From an uncultured delta proteobacterium (GTDB lineage: Bacteria; Desulfobacterota; Binatia; UBA9968): a stretch of DNA of 64,000 nt. The stretch is taken from positions 672,001 to 736,000 of the forward strand of contig CAVSHR010000002.1 of NCBI GenBank assembly GCA_963727625.1. The letters are read 5' to 3'. Position numbers and translations under genes: made by a program. The notes beneath the pieces were generated by a model that made no database searches, was not told where the DNA came from, and was given only the letters and a program-made list of their open reading frames with translations. Numbering within the stretch: the stretch's first letter is position 1; every line of letters begins with the position of its first letter. Of the stretch, positions 19,902-30,378 are shown piece by piece.

Positions 19902-21131
19902 TTAGGAAACCGTCCCGCTTGTGACGGTGATGCGGGCGCGTGGCAGCAAGCAGGCCATCAAGCCGACGCTGACGAAGGAAAAAATACCGAGCAGCCAGAA
20001 GATCGTCGGCAATTCGGCGCTGACGAGAAGCAAGCCGACAATGGATGTGGACGTGGTCTTGGAAAACTGTTGAATCAGTCGGTCGAAAGAAACGATGCCG
20101 CCGCGCATTTCCGCCGGCGCGTTTTGAGTCAGTAGGCTTTTTTGCATCGGCGAGATGACGCCGTTGGCGAGGCCGTAGAAAAATAGCGTGCCGCCGACTA
20201 GCCAGATCCCGGGTAGGAAAGGCACGGCGAGGACCGTGGCGCCGCTGACCAAAAACGCCACAAACAAAATATTCGCCTTATCTCTGCCCGCGGCAATGCG
20301 CCCGGCCTGGCTCGACGTGATCATGGCGCCGGCGGCGAAGAACATGTAAAGAAATCCCGCCGTCGCCGTCGAAATGCCGTGAGTGCGGACCAAAAACAGC
20401 GGGAAATAAGTGAGAAAGCCGTAATCGAGAAAGAAGCGCAAAAAGCCAGCGGAAAATGCAATCAGCAATCGCGGATGGCGCGTCAGGCGCAACATATCGC
20501 CCAAGTAAGCCGACGCGCGATCGCGGGTTTGGCCTTTAGTCTCGGGCATCCAAAATAGCGCCGCCAGCCCCACGGGTATGGTCACTATGTAAAACACAAA
20601 CGGCCAGTACCAGGCAACGGCGGCGAGTAGGCCGCCGAGGGGCGGAAAAACGAAATAACCGATGCGGTCGAGAAAAACCTTCAAGCCCTGGCCGCCGATC
20701 TCGTTGTCGCCTTCGAGCAGGTCGCCGATCAAAACGATGGTCAGCGGAATCACCGCGCTGAAGCCGATGCCTTGAAGTGCGCGGAAAATAAGCAGCCAGC
20801 GGTAGCTCGGCGAAAACGCCATGGCCGTGCCGAAAATTCCGAACGAGATCAATCCCAGCGCCAGCAATAATCGCCGGCCGTAGAGGTCGGCGACCATGCC
20901 GAAGATCGGCGACAGCACAATTGCCGGCGCGGTATAGACCGTCATCATCCAGGAGAGCTGGGCGTCGCTGACTTGAAAGGGTTGGCTGAGGGCCGGCAGC
21001 GCGGGCTGGATGAAATTTACGCCGAGCATCAGCGCGATGCTCGACGCGTAGACGATGCTCAAGGCCCGCGCTTTTTCCGGTGCGAGTTGCTCCATGCCGA
21101 ACAACGCGGTGAGTGAAGCCATTTGCCGCAA
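19902..21131 (-). CDS. MFS transporter
   Basis: About 12 hydrophobic segments; GMVADLYGRR motif A; RALQGIG. Confidence 0.88.
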   Translation of the reverse strand: MRQMASLTALFGMEQLAPEKARALSIVYASSIALMLGVNFIQPALPALSQPFQVSDAQLSWMMTVYTAPAIVLSPIFGMVADLYGRRLLLALGLISFGIFGTAMAFSPSYRWLLIFRALQGIGFSAVIPLTIVLIGDLLEGDNEIGGQGLKVFLDRIGYFVFPPLGGLLAAVAWYWPFVFYIVTIPVGLAALFWMPETKGQTRDRASAYLGDMLRLTRHPRLLIAFSAGFLRFFLDYGFLTYFPLFLVRTHGISTATAGFLYMFFAAGAMITSSQAGRIAAGRDKANILFVAFLVSGATVLAVPFLPGIWLVGGTLFFYGLANGVISPMQKSLLTQNAPAEMRGGIVSFDRLIQQFSKTTSTSIVGLLLVSAELPTIFWLLGIFSFVSVGLMACLLPRARITVTSGTVS

Positions 21132-21282
21132 GCTAGATCAATGGCTCGGAGCAGTCAAACTCTTATGCCGGCGGCCGATCAAGCTGAGCGCCGGCCCGAC
21201 CGCGCGTTTTCATCATTGGTGTGCTCGCGTCACCGTGATATGGATGAGCGCGAACGCTCGCTGAAAGAGAGGGGCAATTAAA

Positions 21283-22713
21283 ATGGCTCAAGATATGCGC
21301 GACTGGATCGAGCAACTGGAGCAGGCTGGACTGCTGGCGAGAATCGCCAAGCCGGTGGACCCGCGCACGCAGATGGGCGCGTTATTATGGCAGGCGCGCG
21401 ATCGCGCCCTGTTGTTTGAAAATCTGCCGGATTATCCGGGCTGGCGCTGCTTGGGCCAGGCGCCGGGCGATGTTTCGCTCGCGCCGGTGGCCTTCGGTAC
21501 GCCGCGCGACGAGATGATTCCGGAATTCGTCCGGCGCACCGAAAGGCTCGGCTCCACGCGGCTGGTCGAAACCGGGCCGGTGCACCAGAAAGTGCTGATC
21601 GGCGACGAGATCGACATCACAAAAATGCCGATTCATCAGGCGGGCATCCGCGACGGCGGGCCGTTCATCGGCTCCGGTTTGATGATTACCAAAAATCCCG
21701 AAACCGGCCGACGCAACTTGAGCTTTCATCGTTTGCAGATGAAAGGGCCGAAGAAAACCGGTATCCTGCTCTATCCGCGCCACGCCTGGAACAATTATCA
21801 ATTGTATGAAGCGCAAGATAAGCCGATGCCGGTGGCGATTATGATCGGACACCATCCGATGTATTATTTCGCGGCGGCGACTACCGCGCAGTATGGCGTG
21901 GATGAGTTGGAGATCGCTTCAGCTTTACTGCGCGAAGAAGTCGAGTTGGTCAAGTGCCACACCGTTGATTTGGAAGTTCCGGCTTGGGCGGAAATTATTC
22001 TCGAGGGCGAGATCCCGCCCAAGTTGCGCGAGCCCGAGGGGCCGTTCAGCGAATTTCAAGATTATTATCTCACCGGTTCGGGCATGAATCCCATCGTCAA
22101 TATCAAAGCGATCACCATGCGCAGCGACGCGATTTTTAAAAACGTGCAGAATGGCACAGAGGTCGAAGGCTGCGTCTATCACAAGGTGCCGATGTCGGCA
22201 CAGATTCTGCGCCGTGCGCGCACCGTCGGCGGTCTGGCCGACGTTAAGAACGTCTTGGTGATGCCGGGTATCTTCGGCGTCGTCGTGCAGATGCGGCCGC
22301 GCTATTACGGCGAGGCGCGCAATGTGCTCATGTCGGTCTTGTCGAGCGAGTATCAGCATCCCAAAGTCGCCATCGCCGTCGACGAAGACGTCGATATCTT
22401 CAATTACGCAGAAGTTCTCTGGGCGATCAACACGCGGGTCAATCCCTCTGAAGACATCGTCGTGATCAACGGCGCCAAGATCCACGCCATGGATCCATCA
22501 TGCCCTGAATTTGGCCATCCCGGCGCGCCCGGATGGCACCGCATCGGAGGTAAAGTCATCATCGACGCGACCAAGCCGCCGGAGTGCGATCCCAAGCGCA
22601 GGCATGAGTTCGAACGGCTGCGGCCGGTGGGATGGGAATCCGTCAGTTTGGAAGATTTTTTGCCGGCGGGAGCGCCGCCGTTGAGGATCAAACCGAAGAT
22701 TCCGATGGGTTAA
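21283..22713 (+). CDS. UbiD-family prenyl-FMN-dependent decarboxylase
   Basis: NLSFHRLQ, AEIILEG, EGPFSEF, VDEDVDI and GKVIIDATKP. Confidence 0.92.
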   Translation: MAQDMRDWIEQLEQAGLLARIAKPVDPRTQMGALLWQARDRALLFENLPDYPGWRCLGQAPGDVSLAPVAFGTPRDEMIPEFVRRTERLGSTRLVETGPVHQKVLIGDEIDITKMPIHQAGIRDGGPFIGSGLMITKNPETGRRNLSFHRLQMKGPKKTGILLYPRHAWNNYQLYEAQDKPMPVAIMIGHHPMYYFAAATTAQYGVDELEIASALLREEVELVKCHTVDLEVPAWAEIILEGEIPPKLREPEGPFSEFQDYYLTGSGMNPIVNIKAITMRSDAIFKNVQNGTEVEGCVYHKVPMSAQILRRARTVGGLADVKNVLVMPGIFGVVVQMRPRYYGEARNVLMSVLSSEYQHPKVAIAVDEDVDIFNYAEVLWAINTRVNPSEDIVVINGAKIHAMDPSCPEFGHPGAPGWHRIGGKVIIDATKPPECDPKRRHEFERLRPVGWESVSLEDFLPAGAPPLRIKPKIPMG

Positions 22714-22719
22714 AAGATT

Positions 22720-22812
22720 CGTTCAAGGTTTAAGCGTTCAATAGTTCAAGGGGCTGGAGGAGCAACGTGGGAACTGCTTACTTTGAACTTTTGAAGCTTG
22801 AACGTTTGAACG
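22720..22812. repeat. Inverted array of GTTCAA(N) units
   Basis: GTTCAAG GTTTAAGC GTTCAATA GTTCAAG ... TTTGAAC TTTTGAAG CTTGAAC GTTTGAAC, between convergent genes. Confidence 0.75.
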
Positions 22813-22831
22813 GCTATGGTAAAAGCGCTTA

Positions 22832-23077
22832 CTATTCGTCCGGTTCGCCGAAATAATCTCTCACGATTCTTTCCTTGATATATTCCAAAGCGCCCAAATC
22901 CTGAATGATATCGCCGCCAGTGTCATAGAAAAAAATATCACCTTTATGATTGCGGCCGATAGCCACGAGCCATTCCAGTTCGTCGCGGTCTTCCAACAGA
23001 TAATTAATCGCTTGATTGGCGCCTTTGCTGGCGATGATGGTTACTTTGGGTTTGGCGTTTTTCTTCGCTTGCGACAT
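22832..23077 (-). CDS. Hypothetical protein (81 aa)
   Basis: AGGAGG RBS before ATG 23077; protein-like sequence MSQAKKNAKPKVTII... Confidence 0.7.
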   Translation of the reverse strand: MSQAKKNAKPKVTIIASKGANQAINYLLEDRDELEWLVAIGRNHKGDIFFYDTGGDIIQDLGALEYIKERIVRDYFGEPDE

Positions 23078-23173
23078 GGACCAGCCTCCTGAGTGCAAGC
23101 TGAGTCTATAACAGAAGTAGAGGCGCTACAACTTAAGGGAATTATTGGCTCGCAGCCGGCGCCGCGAAGCGGA

Positions 23174-26100
23174 CTACTTCATGCTAAAATCGACGCGATT
23201 CGGCCGGCCCTTGAGTTTATCGCGCTCCTCCGCCGTCAGCGGCTTGGCGGCGATGATCAACAGGCGATCGGAAGCGATTTGATCGCCGGCGAGCAGCGCG
23301 TCGCGCACGATCTGAGCGCGTCGGTCGGCAAGGCGACGCAGGTCGTCGTCACCGACCTTAGCGTACTGCATCATTAGCTTTTCCATCTCCGGAACCGGCA
23401 AATCCTTCGCCAGACCGATGATGTTGCGCGGTTTGGGAAAATTTTCTTCACCGTAGGCGGCCTTCAAGTATTGCGGGTACTCGCTCTCGTCCACTTGGAC
23501 TTCGTCCAACGATTTCGGCGCTTGGCCATTGCGAGCCAGCTCTTTTAATTTTTGCGCCTTCACTTTTCGTTCGATCTCGACTCGCTTCAGGCCGTCGAGA
23601 TCGCCGGATGGGTCGACGCGGCCGATGATCTCGAGCTTGAGTGCGGGCCGGTTGTTCAAGGCTTTCACCAGCGTCGAAATTTTTTCCCGGTCGGTTTGAT
23701 CGAGGGCCGCGCGGCCGGCGGCGAATTCCACATAGCTCAGCTCATCGCCGCTTACGCCGCCGCTGCTAAAAGCTGAGGCGAGCAGCGAAAACGGCGCGGT
23801 CACCGCCTTGGTAATGATGTTGATGATGATGCGCAAGACCAGGCCGCCGACGCTGAACTGGGGGTCGTCGAGGGAGCCGCTGATCGGCAGGTCGACGTCG
23901 ATGACACCGTTGCGGTCTTTGAGGAGGGCGACCGCGAGCAGCACCGGCAGCTTGGTGGCGGTGGGGCTTTCGACTTTATCCCCGAACGTGAGCTGGTTTA
24001 GGATGATGTTGTTCTCGGCGCTGAGCTTGCGATTTTCAAGTTTGTATTTGACGTTGAAGGTAAGCTTGCCGCTTTCGATGCCGTAACCCACATACTTTAC
24101 CGAGTAGGGCGTCATGGGGCTCAACTCGATGCCTTTGGCGTTGGCGACGATATCGAGGAAGAGATCTTTGGCCAGCGGATTGATCTTGCCCTTGATCTCC
24201 ACTGGGGCAGCGTCATCGAGTTTGGCTTTAAGGTCGATCTCTCCAGGCGTCTCCGGCTTCAACTCTGAGATGGCGCCCTGCACACTGGTTAGATTCGCCG
24301 AATAATTCGGCTTGACGAAAAAATCGCTGAAATTGATATTGCCGCCCTTAAGGTTGATCTTGCCGACGCTGACGGCGCGGGGAGCTGTGGTTTCAGTAGC
24401 AGGCGGCGAAGCCGCTTTCACGGCCGCCTGGGACGATGCGGCTTTCGTATCTGTTTTTTTAATCTCGTTCGCTTTGTCGGAGGGAGTCAACTTTTGCAGG
24501 TTCAATTTGCCGTCCGCGCCGAGGATGAGCCGCGAATAGAAGTCGGCCAAAGTGATCTCACCGATGCGCAATTGAAACGGCTCGAGGTCGAATTGGACGG
24601 GGTCAAGGATCAAAGATTTCCACTTGAGTAAATCCTGCGCGCCGTCCTTTTCGACGCTGCCGAAGTCCGTAACTTGCAGACTGCCTCGATAATTCAACTT
24701 GGCGCCACCGGCGCCGCTCTCGTAAGCCAATGCGCCCTTGGTGCCGATCCGCCCGCCGGTGAGCAGAAAATTAACGTTTTCGGTGAAATAGCTTTGGTAA
24801 GGCAATACCTCGATGTCTCGCCCGTCCACGGTGAACTTAGCGCTGACGGGATTTAATGTCGCGGTGCCGACCAGCTGGAGCGAGCCTTTATCGTTGACTC
24901 TGATCCGGATCGTTGCTTTGGCGGATTGATTTTTTGCCGTGGAGAAATTTTCCCCGCGAAGCGAAATATCCGAGAGACTGGTTTTCGACTTTCCTTGATC
25001 GCTCACGTTGATTTTAAATCCGTCGAGAACGATACGCTGGGCGTCGATTCGCCATTCCGCATCGCCGGCCTTCGGTGGCGGCTCCGCTGCTTGGGCTTCG
25101 GGACCGGGCTTGGCGATGCGGCTGAGGTTCAGCTTGCCGTCGGCGCCCCGTTCGATATAGCCGCTGCCCTCTTTTGCTTCGAGGGAGCCGACCACGATCG
25201 TTTTCTTCGCCACATCGATCATCGCATCCTTGAGCGCGAAGGTCCCGACGCGCCAGAGTGGCTCGGGTTGCCCGGTGAGTTCGAGCCGAAAATGGCGCAG
25301 GCTTGCATTCAGATCGGTCACCTTGATTTCCGGCTGGGCGTCATTTTCTGCGAAGCTGTATTGCGTCGATAGGTCGAGAAGACCGTCTTTAATTTCGGCC
25401 GCCAGCGCGTTTTCGTAGTAGGGCCGCAGCGGGCCAATCCTGAGCGCGCTCACGTCGAGCTTGCCTTCGACGAGCAAAGGGGCCATCTGCAGCGTTCCAT
25501 TATGGGTGAACTTTTCCTTGGCCTCGGATTCGAAGGAAACTTCGACATTGGCTTTTTTCCCGCCTTCATTAGTCAGGCCGGTGATTTTCGCGTTGAAGTT
25601 GTCCAGGCGCGTCTTGTAGGGCCGCTGCGGCTGCGCGTCATCGATATGAACCGTCGCCGCTTCGAGGGCAATTTCGTCGACGGTATAGCCGAAAGGCTTG
25701 CTATCCTTCTTCGGCTCCGGCGCCGCGGGTTTAGCTTCGGTCTTAACCAGGTTTGCCAGATTGATCTTGCCGTCGCGCGCCCGCACGACATGAAGCTCCA
25801 GACCTCGTGCCCGCACGGATTTGAGATGGCTATCGCCGGCAAAGATCCGGACGACGTCGATCAAGACTTCGAGGCTTGGCAATTTGACCAGCGGCGCGCC
25901 GTCTTTTTGGCGCATCTCCAAGCCAGTCACGCCAAGGCTGCCGGACACGGCGAGCACGGAAGGTTGCTCTTTGGAAGATCGAAAATTGACCGTCAATTTG
26001 GAATCGAGCTTCCCGGACGGCAATTCGAAATTCAGCTCCAGCGGGGAATATTCGAGATATTTGGCGATCTCCAGCTTGTCGATATTGATCTCCAGGTTGC

Positions 26101-26794
26101 TATCGCGGGAGTCTTTGAATGGCAAGGTAACGCCGCCAAGATGAAATGGGGAGCCGTCGATTATCGCTGAAAATTCCGGTTTGACTTTTATGTCGATGTA
26201 GGACGGCAAGCTGGAAAGGAACGGCACGCCGATCTTGAGCTGTGTGACGGTGTGTTTGGTCTTTTTCGGGCGGTCGTCGAAATCGATCTTTCCGTCAATC
26301 AGCTCGATATTGTGCAGGGCGAACTTCGGTGTCGGGGCTGAGGGATCGGATGGCTTGGCAGTAAATTCATCGATGAGATCCTGAAAGTTGTATTTAAAAT
26401 CCTCATTGCGCACCACACTTAGATACGGCTTGACTAGCCGGAGCTCTTTAATCACCGGGGCCAGGCGAAAAATCGATTGCAGTTGGAGATTAACAAAAAG
26501 CTCGTCGAAAGAAAGCCCGGGGGATTGGCTCCCACGCCGTTTCATCAGAAAGCCGCGGATCGCGACGGTCATCGCATAGGGGTTGATGCGGATTTGCTCG
26601 ATGGAGACTTGACGATGGAGTTTGTCGGAAAGCACCTCGGCGATTTTACTGCGGATCAGAGGCGGCGCGACCAATCCCAGAAGGATGCCGAAGGCGACGA
26701 TAATCGAAACCGTCCAAATGGCGATTTTCCGCGTGCGCCGGTGGCGCGCAATTTCTACCGTTCGCTTGCAGAGTTCAGTGAACTTCAACGGCAT
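23174..26794 (-). CDS. DUF748/AsmA-like protein with C-terminal OmpA-like region
   Basis: N-terminal TM anchor, repeated beta-rich DUF748-like units, LAVALLKDRNGVIDVDLPISGSLDDPQFS and terminal NRVDF. Confidence 0.85.
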   Translation of the reverse strand: MPLKFTELCKRTVEIARHRRTRKIAIWTVSIIVAFGILLGLVAPPLIRSKIAEVLSDKLHRQVSIEQIRINPYAMTVAIRGFLMKRRGSQSPGLSFDELFVNLQLQSIFRLAPVIKELRLVKPYLSVVRNEDFKYNFQDLIDEFTAKPSDPSAPTPKFALHNIELIDGKIDFDDRPKKTKHTVTQLKIGVPFLSSLPSYIDIKVKPEFSAIIDGSPFHLGGVTLPFKDSRDSNLEINIDKLEIAKYLEYSPLELNFELPSGKLDSKLTVNFRSSKEQPSVLAVSGSLGVTGLEMRQKDGAPLVKLPSLEVLIDVVRIFAGDSHLKSVRARGLELHVVRARDGKINLANLVKTEAKPAAPEPKKDSKPFGYTVDEIALEAATVHIDDAQPQRPYKTRLDNFNAKITGLTNEGGKKANVEVSFESEAKEKFTHNGTLQMAPLLVEGKLDVSALRIGPLRPYYENALAAEIKDGLLDLSTQYSFAENDAQPEIKVTDLNASLRHFRLELTGQPEPLWRVGTFALKDAMIDVAKKTIVVGSLEAKEGSGYIERGADGKLNLSRIAKPGPEAQAAEPPPKAGDAEWRIDAQRIVLDGFKINVSDQGKSKTSLSDISLRGENFSTAKNQSAKATIRIRVNDKGSLQLVGTATLNPVSAKFTVDGRDIEVLPYQSYFTENVNFLLTGGRIGTKGALAYESGAGGAKLNYRGSLQVTDFGSVEKDGAQDLLKWKSLILDPVQFDLEPFQLRIGEITLADFYSRLILGADGKLNLQKLTPSDKANEIKKTDTKAASSQAAVKAASPPATETTAPRAVSVGKINLKGGNINFSDFFVKPNYSANLTSVQGAISELKPETPGEIDLKAKLDDAAPVEIKGKINPLAKDLFLDIVANAKGIELSPMTPYSVKYVGYGIESGKLTFNVKYKLENRKLSAENNIILNQLTFGDKVESPTATKLPVLLAVALLKDRNGVIDVDLPISGSLDDPQFSVGGLVLRIIINIITKAVTAPFSLLASAFSSGGVSGDELSYVEFAAGRAALDQTDREKISTLVKALNNRPALKLEIIGRVDPSGDLDGLKRVEIERKVKAQKLKELARNGQAPKSLDEVQVDESEYPQYLKAAYGEENFPKPRNIIGLAKDLPVPEMEKLMMQYAKVGDDDLRRLADRRAQIVRDALLAGDQIASDRLLIIAAKPLTAEERDKLKGRPNRVDFSMK

Positions 26795-27225
26795 GTCACG
26801 ACTTCTTAAACTTTAACTTGAGGCATCTTATCGTACCGGTATGCGCGGGTTCAAGGCCGCGGCCTAAATTGCCCTAGTGTCCGGTTCTGTAGCAACTTTT
26901 GCCCAGGATCGGCGAGAAGATGCGCTCTCCGCCGTGGCTGTCAAGCGCGCGACGTCCATGGCTAAGCGTAGACGATCGAATAGCCGGCCGATTGGGGGGA
27001 TCCACCCCGATGACCGACAATGGTGCGATATCCGGCAAGTTCGCCCTTGATTCTTAGTCGAGGCAATAATTGGCCGACTTCCTCTCCCGATGAACGTAGC
27101 AGCATAGACGCGGCCGCTTTGGGTAAGCCGTGAGCTTGCTACCGGGAGCTGTATCCTGCCTGGGGATTGCTTACGTCTAATAGAAAAGTTAACATATAAA
27201 CGATAATCGATAGATCGGAGTATAA

Positions 27226-27819
27226 ATGAGAATTTTCAGCAAGTTAGTAATCATTTCTATATTTTCACTTTTGTTTCTAATGCCATTTCGGGCGGCGGCC
27301 GGAGAACCTACGGTCCAACTCAGCGCTACCATCAATGAATTTGTCGCTATCCTTACAAACACGTCGGTGGCCGAATTGCGGGCTACCGGGTTGCCCCAAC
27401 GGGCTTTGAACTTGATTTTTACCCGATTCGACTTCTCGGAGATGACCAAGCGGTCGTTGGGGCGGCATTGGGCAGCTCTTAATCCGAGTGAGCGGCGCGA
27501 GTTTGTCGATGCCTTTACCCAGCGCCTACTGCGCGCTTATGGCCGCTCGATGCGCGCCAATGGCGATGAAAAAATTGAGTACAATCACGAAAATCTCGAC
27601 GGCGAATACGCCCGGGTCCAAACCAAGGTGGTGAGCGGCAATGGCGAGGAGCTGCCGGTCGATTATCAACTGCACGATATCAACGGCCAGTGGAAGGTTT
27701 ATGACGTGGTCATCGACAGCATCAGCATCGTCAAAAACTATCGCGCGCAATTCGAGCGGGTGATCGCCAAGAGCTCGATTAAAGAACTGCTGCAGAAAAT
27801 GAAACAGCAAGAATCTTAA
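27226..27819 (+). CDS. mlaC: MlaC/Ttg2D phospholipid-binding periplasmic protein
   Basis: FDFSEMTKRSLGRHW and WKVYDVVIDSISIVKNYRAQF. Confidence 0.88.
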   Translation: MRIFSKLVIISIFSLLFLMPFRAAAGEPTVQLSATINEFVAILTNTSVAELRATGLPQRALNLIFTRFDFSEMTKRSLGRHWAALNPSERREFVDAFTQRLLRAYGRSMRANGDEKIEYNHENLDGEYARVQTKVVSGNGEELPVDYQLHDINGQWKVYDVVIDSISIVKNYRAQFERVIAKSSIKELLQKMKQQES

Positions 27820-28041
27820 TAAAATTGGACCAGACCGAACTCTTCGCCCGGCCGGTTATGTCCGCACGTAGGTCAAGTCAAATGCGCGCGCCGCGTCGGG
27901 CGCGGTTTCGAGCCTTAACTCGGGCAAATCCCTTCCTTGATGATTCTGCAGCCCCTTTGAGCTATTCACGGAACTGTCGGTAACCCCGAAGGCTCCCTAA
28001 GTATTTGACGCCACGGACCGCTTTCGTTATTGGTGGTCTCC

Positions 28042-28992
28042 ATGGCAAGACTAGATATCACGCTGGCGCTCGGTTCCTACGATCGGCACGCGCCGCTGCT
28101 CGAAGGCTGTATTCGCCACCCCGACATCGACGTCACATATATCGAGGTCGACCCGCAGCAGGGACGCCACGAGCGCTTCTTGCAACATTTCGAATTCGAC
28201 GCCGCCGAGTTGTCGCTATCATCTTATCTTATTGCGATCGATCAAGGGCTGCCGGTCTACGCTGTGCCGATTTTCCCGCGCCGGCTGTTCAGCCAATCGC
28301 AGATGTACAAGAACATTCACTGCGGCATCGGCTCGCCGGCGGACTTGGCGGGGAAAAAAATCGGCCTCAGCGCTTACCAAAATACTCTGGGTGTGCGCGC
28401 CAAGGGCGACTTGACTCACTTCTACGGCGTCCCCCGCACCACCGTTACCTGGGTGACGCCGGGTAAAGAGGTCGTTGACGTGAAGCTCCCTGCCGATCTA
28501 AAAATCGAGACCCGCGCCAGCATGGCCGACATCGAACAGGAATTTGTCGAAGGCAAAATTCAGGCGATGTTCGTCTCGCGCTTGCCGAAAGCGTTTCGCG
28601 GCGGCAATCCCAATTTGGCGCGCTTGTTCGCCGACCCGCAAATCGAAGAAGAGCGCTACCTGCGCGAGGTAGGTTTTTTCCCGATCATGCATGTGCTCGC
28701 ATTCAAGAAGGAGCTGGCGCGAAAATATCCTGAGCTGCCACGCGCGCTGTTCGACATTTTCGAGCAAGCCCGCCAGCGCGCCACGCAGCGCTGGGCCGAC
28801 CCCAACTGGTCGATGGCGATCTGGGGTAGGCGCGAGCTGGAACGCCAAGCCAAGCTCTGCAGCTTCGACCCCTGGCGCAACGGCCTCGAGTCCAACCGGA
28901 AAAACATTGAACAGTTTACCTTGTACAGCCACGAACAGGGTCTAACCGGGCGGCGCCTGACGCCGGACGATTTGTTCGCGGCGATCGACTAG
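28042..28992 (+). CDS. 4,5-dihydroxyphthalate decarboxylase-like protein (PBP2 fold, no signal peptide)
   Basis: ITLALGSYDRH, FDAAELSLSSY, PIFPRRLF, FFPIMH and YSHEQGL. Confidence 0.8.
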   Translation: MARLDITLALGSYDRHAPLLEGCIRHPDIDVTYIEVDPQQGRHERFLQHFEFDAAELSLSSYLIAIDQGLPVYAVPIFPRRLFSQSQMYKNIHCGIGSPADLAGKKIGLSAYQNTLGVRAKGDLTHFYGVPRTTVTWVTPGKEVVDVKLPADLKIETRASMADIEQEFVEGKIQAMFVSRLPKAFRGGNPNLARLFADPQIEEERYLREVGFFPIMHVLAFKKELARKYPELPRALFDIFEQARQRATQRWADPNWSMAIWGRRELERQAKLCSFDPWRNGLESNRKNIEQFTLYSHEQGLTGRRLTPDDLFAAID

Positions 28993-29246
28993 ATTCGTAT
29001 TTCTGAAGTGACCGCCATCCTTGACGCTGTCACTTCGAGGCGAAGCCGAGAAATATAGTGTTCGCGGAATTTCCGATGCGGGTCTTGACCGCTGCTGCGC
29101 AGTTACGAGTTCCGAAAAGCAACGGCAGCGGCTAAACCCCATCAGCGCTGTTTATGTCAAACAACCTCGCGATTCCGTTGGCTTGGAAAACAGGGTTGAT
29201 GGCTATAGGACTGACTCGAAATTTGGGGTGACCCAGGAGAGTTAGC

Positions 29247-30323
29247 ATGCTGATTCTATCCAACGAGGACATCGAGAAAATTTTACCCGTCGGCACCTGC
29301 CTGGACGTGCTCGAGGAAGCATATCGCGATCTCGGCAACGGGAGGGCGGCGACGGTGCCGCGCTACGATGTTTTCAGCCCGACCAAGCCCAACCAATTCT
29401 ACGAATACAAAACGATGAGCGGCGTGTTGCCTGGTCGCAAGATCGCGGCGCTGCGGCTCAACTCCAGCGTGGTCACGTGGTACGAGAAGGCCGGCGGTGT
29501 GCGCAAAGACAAGTTGCCCGTCGCCGGCGGCGATAAATACGTCGGGCTGGTGATGCTCTTTAGCACCGAAACCGGCGAGCCCCTGGCGATCTTTCCCGAC
29601 GGCTACGTACAGAAACTGCGTGTGGCCGGGGCCAGCGCCATTGCGGCGCGTTACCTGGCGCGCAAGGATTCCAAAGTCATGGCGTTGCTCGGCGCCGGTT
29701 GGCAAGCGAGCGCACATCTGGTGACGATGTCGATGATTCGCGACCTGAAGCAGGTGAAGGTCTTCAGCCTGACACTGGAGTCGCGCCGACGTTTCGTCGA
29801 AGAGTGGACGGGAAAGGTTGCGGCGCAGTTGATCGAGACCGACAGCGCGGCCGAGGCGATGGACGGCGCCGATATGGTAATCGCCACGACCAACTCGATC
29901 TCGCCGCTGTTTCCCGGCGAGTCTTTGCGGCCGGGGATGCATGTGTCGTGCGTCAAGCCCTGCGAGTTCGATGCCGCAACGTACAAGCGCTCCGAGCCGT
30001 TGATTATCCACTGGCGTGAGGCGAAGCCCTTTCAAATCGCCATCGGCTTTGACCGCCAATCGATCCCCGACGTCGCCGAGGGCTGGCAGCACCCGCTCAC
30101 GCGCGAAGACTGCGCTATTTGGGATTTCCCGACTCTTTCGGAATTGGTCAACGGCCGGCACCCCGGTCGCGCCAGAGACGATGCGATAAGCTGTTTTTGC
30201 AACAATGTTGGCCTTGGCTTGCAGTTCGCGGCAGTCGGCAGCGAGGTCTTGGCGCGGGCCCGAGAAACGCGCGTCGGACGGGAAATTCCGACGGATTGGT
30301 TCTTAGAAGAGGTGCATCCCTAG
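29247..30323 (+). CDS. Ornithine cyclodeaminase / mu-crystallin family protein (second paralogue)
   Basis: TGEPLAI, LLGAGWQA, GLQFAAVG and GREIPTDWF. Confidence 0.88.
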   Translation: MLILSNEDIEKILPVGTCLDVLEEAYRDLGNGRAATVPRYDVFSPTKPNQFYEYKTMSGVLPGRKIAALRLNSSVVTWYEKAGGVRKDKLPVAGGDKYVGLVMLFSTETGEPLAIFPDGYVQKLRVAGASAIAARYLARKDSKVMALLGAGWQASAHLVTMSMIRDLKQVKVFSLTLESRRRFVEEWTGKVAAQLIETDSAAEAMDGADMVIATTNSISPLFPGESLRPGMHVSCVKPCEFDAATYKRSEPLIIHWREAKPFQIAIGFDRQSIPDVAEGWQHPLTREDCAIWDFPTLSELVNGRHPGRARDDAISCFCNNVGLGLQFAAVGSEVLARARETRVGREIPTDWFLEEVHP

Positions 30324-30329
30324 AATGAT

Positions 30330-30378
30330 GTTTCGAGTTTCCGGTCTCGGGTTTCGAGTTAAAAACATGAAATCCAAA
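30330..30378. repeat. 7-nt GTTTCGA-like tandem array
   Basis: GTTTCGA GTTTCCG GTCTCGG GTTTCGA GTT; same unit type as 12355-12425. Confidence 0.6.

Noticed and set aside
26874-27871. IS/MITE-like termini around mlaC (CTAGTGTCCGG... and ...TATGTCCGCACGTAG)
   Set aside because: The two ends do not form a convincing inverted repeat, and no transposase or target duplication is present.
29027-29055. REP-like half sites (also 50079-50140 and 54488-54585)
   Set aside because: They are single degenerate copies in this window and cannot be established as repeats without the genome.
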